This document shows positions 63,430 through 64,000 of a stretch of DNA of 64,000 nucleotides, piece after piece. Made by a program: the position numbers and the translations under genes. Under the pieces are notes generated by a model. It worked only from the letters and a program-made list of their open reading frames with translations. It was not told the DNA's origin and did no database searches. The DNA is from Mobula hypostoma (lineage: Eukaryota), in NCBI RefSeq assembly GCF_963921235.1, contig NC_086119.1, forward strand, positions 4,030,001 to 4,094,000, in the 5' to 3' direction. Position 1 is the first letter of the stretch. Each line of letters begins with the position of its first letter.

Positions 63430-64000
63430 TACGAGAGAGGTCAGTAGAGGAACAGTAGCAGATCGATGGCACGAAGGTTGGTGGTGTTGTGGATAGAGCA
63501 GAAGGTTGTTGTAGCTTACAATGGGACATTGGCAGCATGTACAGTAGACCTGGCTTCAGAATTTGCAGATGTAGTTCAATCCAGGAAAATGTGAAAATGT
63601 AAAACGATAAGAGAGAGATGAGAGTGGATATAGAATTGTTAGAAAATGAGGCCAGAGAAATAATAACAGAGGACAAGGAGATGGGAGATGAACTAAATGA
63701 GTATTTTGCACCAGTCTTCACTGTGGAAGAGATTAGCAGTGTGCCAGGTGTTGAAGTGTGTGAGGGAAGAGAAGTGAGTGCAGTTACTATTCCACGGGAG
63801 AAGGTGCTCAAAAAGCTGAGAGACCTAAGGGTACATAAGTCACCTGGACCAAATGAACTGCATCCTAGGGTTCTGAAAGAGGTAGCGGTAGAGATTATGG
63901 AAGCATTAGTAATGATCTTTCAAAAATCATTGGACTCTGGCATGGTGTCAGAGGACAGGAAAATTGCAAAAGTCACTCCACTCTTTAAGAAAGGAGGCAG
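63430..64000 (+). mobile_element. CR1 LINE fragments running off the window end
   Basis: ELNEYFAPVFT, KSPGPNELHPRVLKE and VTPLFKKG motifs. Confidence 0.85.

Noticed and set aside
58540-64000. Further upstream SLC13A5 exons
   Set aside because: I looked for the expected LWF.R.PGF..GW exon on the minus strand and did not find it; it presumably lies beyond the window.

Overview
Repeat-rich, intron-containing vertebrate DNA. The repeat content (CR1 LINEs, HE1/V-SINE-type SINEs, Penelope-like fragments, GC-rich minisatellites) suggests a cartilaginous fish, probably a ray; this is inference. Five protein-coding genes can be spliced by hand with canonical GT-AG sites. Three are paralogous 3-exon single-domain rhodanese (sulfurtransferase-fold) genes: A (+, 2609-6581, 159 aa), B (-, 19455-12331, 163 aa) and C (+, 37535-41419, 163 aa). 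The others are a complete 4-exon MED31 (-, 36861-25872, 131 aa), head-to-head with gene C, and the last five exons of SLC13A5 (-, 58538-51092). The main point of interest is the rhodanese triplet. It belongs to a subfamily with a C-terminal VHPYxxxWxxL tail, unlike mammalian TSTD1/TSTD3. Two copies replace the active-site-loop Arg with His, exon 2 is homogenised across otherwise divergent copies, and the genes sit in the MED31-SLC13A5 syntenic block. Secondary signals: a 4 kb CpG-rich 44-bp minisatellite with a 1574-bp higher-order repeat, minimal hammerhead-ribozyme motifs in Penelope-derived repeats, tandem duplications at two SLC13A5 splice acceptors, and a ~300-bp palindrome inside a Tigger element.
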